Made by a program: the position numbers and the translations under genes
DNA from: a virus
Taxonomy: Duplodnaviria > Caudoviricetes
Direction: 5' to 3' (one strand)
Virus record (IMG/VR): IMGVR_UViG_3300038318_000164
Span: 1 to 45,837 of that record
DNA: 45,837 nucleotides
The notes under the pieces: model-generated
The model's input: the letters and a program-made list of their open reading frames with translations, nothing else
Database searches by the model: none
Told to the model about the DNA's origin: nothing
Shown: positions 45,588 through 45,837 of the stretch, piece after piece
How positions within the stretch are numbered: the first letter of the stretch is position 1
Layout: every line of letters begins with the position of its first letter

Positions 45588-45837
45588 TATATACTCACCT
45601 GCACTTCCAATTGCATTGTATGCAAATCATTTTGAAATGTATGAGAGCAAGTAGTAACCATGAAATATTGATTAATGGCTACTCCCTCTTTTTGTAAATC
45701 ACTGATTCCAAGGACTACGCCACTACCAGCTGCCACCCTCAGGTCTCCAAGACAATCTAATTTTAATTTCTTAGTTACCCTATTCTTTAGCTTTAAAATC
45801 ATTTCAGCTCTTGCTCGAATTTGAGCGGCATTTGCAT
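45587..45837 (-). CDS. XkdQ/YqbQ-like baseplate hub protein, C-terminal part only
   Basis: CLGDLRVAAGSGV...CSHTFQNDLHTMQLE; 5' end lies outside the window. Confidence 0.75.
   Translation of the reverse strand, partial: ANAAQIRARAEMILKLKNRVTKKLKLDCLGDLRVAAGSGVVLGISDLQKEGVAINQYFMVTTCSHTFQNDLHTMQLEVQVSI

Noticed and set aside
1589-45654. All plus-strand ORFs in the track
   Set aside because: They are short antisense shadows of well-supported minus-strand genes, with no recognisable motifs.
1-45837. tRNA genes, introns or inteins
   Set aside because: No cloverleaf seen in the short intergenic gaps, and polA, nrdJ, terL, recA and dnaB have normal uninterrupted lengths. tRNAscan/Infernal were not run.

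Overview
This window is about 46 kb of an AT-rich, contractile-tailed (baseplate J) phage of a Firmicutes host, probably clostridial. Every credible gene is on the minus strand. Reading in transcription direction (right to left), the modules are: (1) baseplate genes; (2) a tail-fibre/receptor-binding gene targeted by a very compact diversity-generating retroelement (VR 40998-41141, TR 40825-40968, RT 39560-40765; 23 mismatches, all at TR adenines; no avd gene visible); (3) lysis genes; (4) a large replication, recombination and nucleotide-metabolism region with SNF2 helicase, initiator with iterons, MazG, a thyX remnant, class II RNR, DnaC/DnaB/primase, a phage sigma factor, SSB, PolA, a 7-deazaguanine DNA-modification cluster (dpdA, queC, guanine deaminase, yhhQ), beta clamp, Cas4-like nuclease, RecU, RecA, a full gamma/delta'/delta clamp loader and a DNA methyltransferase; (5) terminase and a truncated portal gene. 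The best candidates for new biology are the deazaguanine cluster, which has a guanine deaminase, lacks folE/queD/queE and has a clamp-binding-like DpdA tail; the Avd-less DGR, whose TR is bracketed by a stem and whose RT may start at ATT; two promoter classes, one resembling TcdR/BotR-type promoters; and several structured 5' leaders. All protein calls come from motif recognition by eye; no database search was run.
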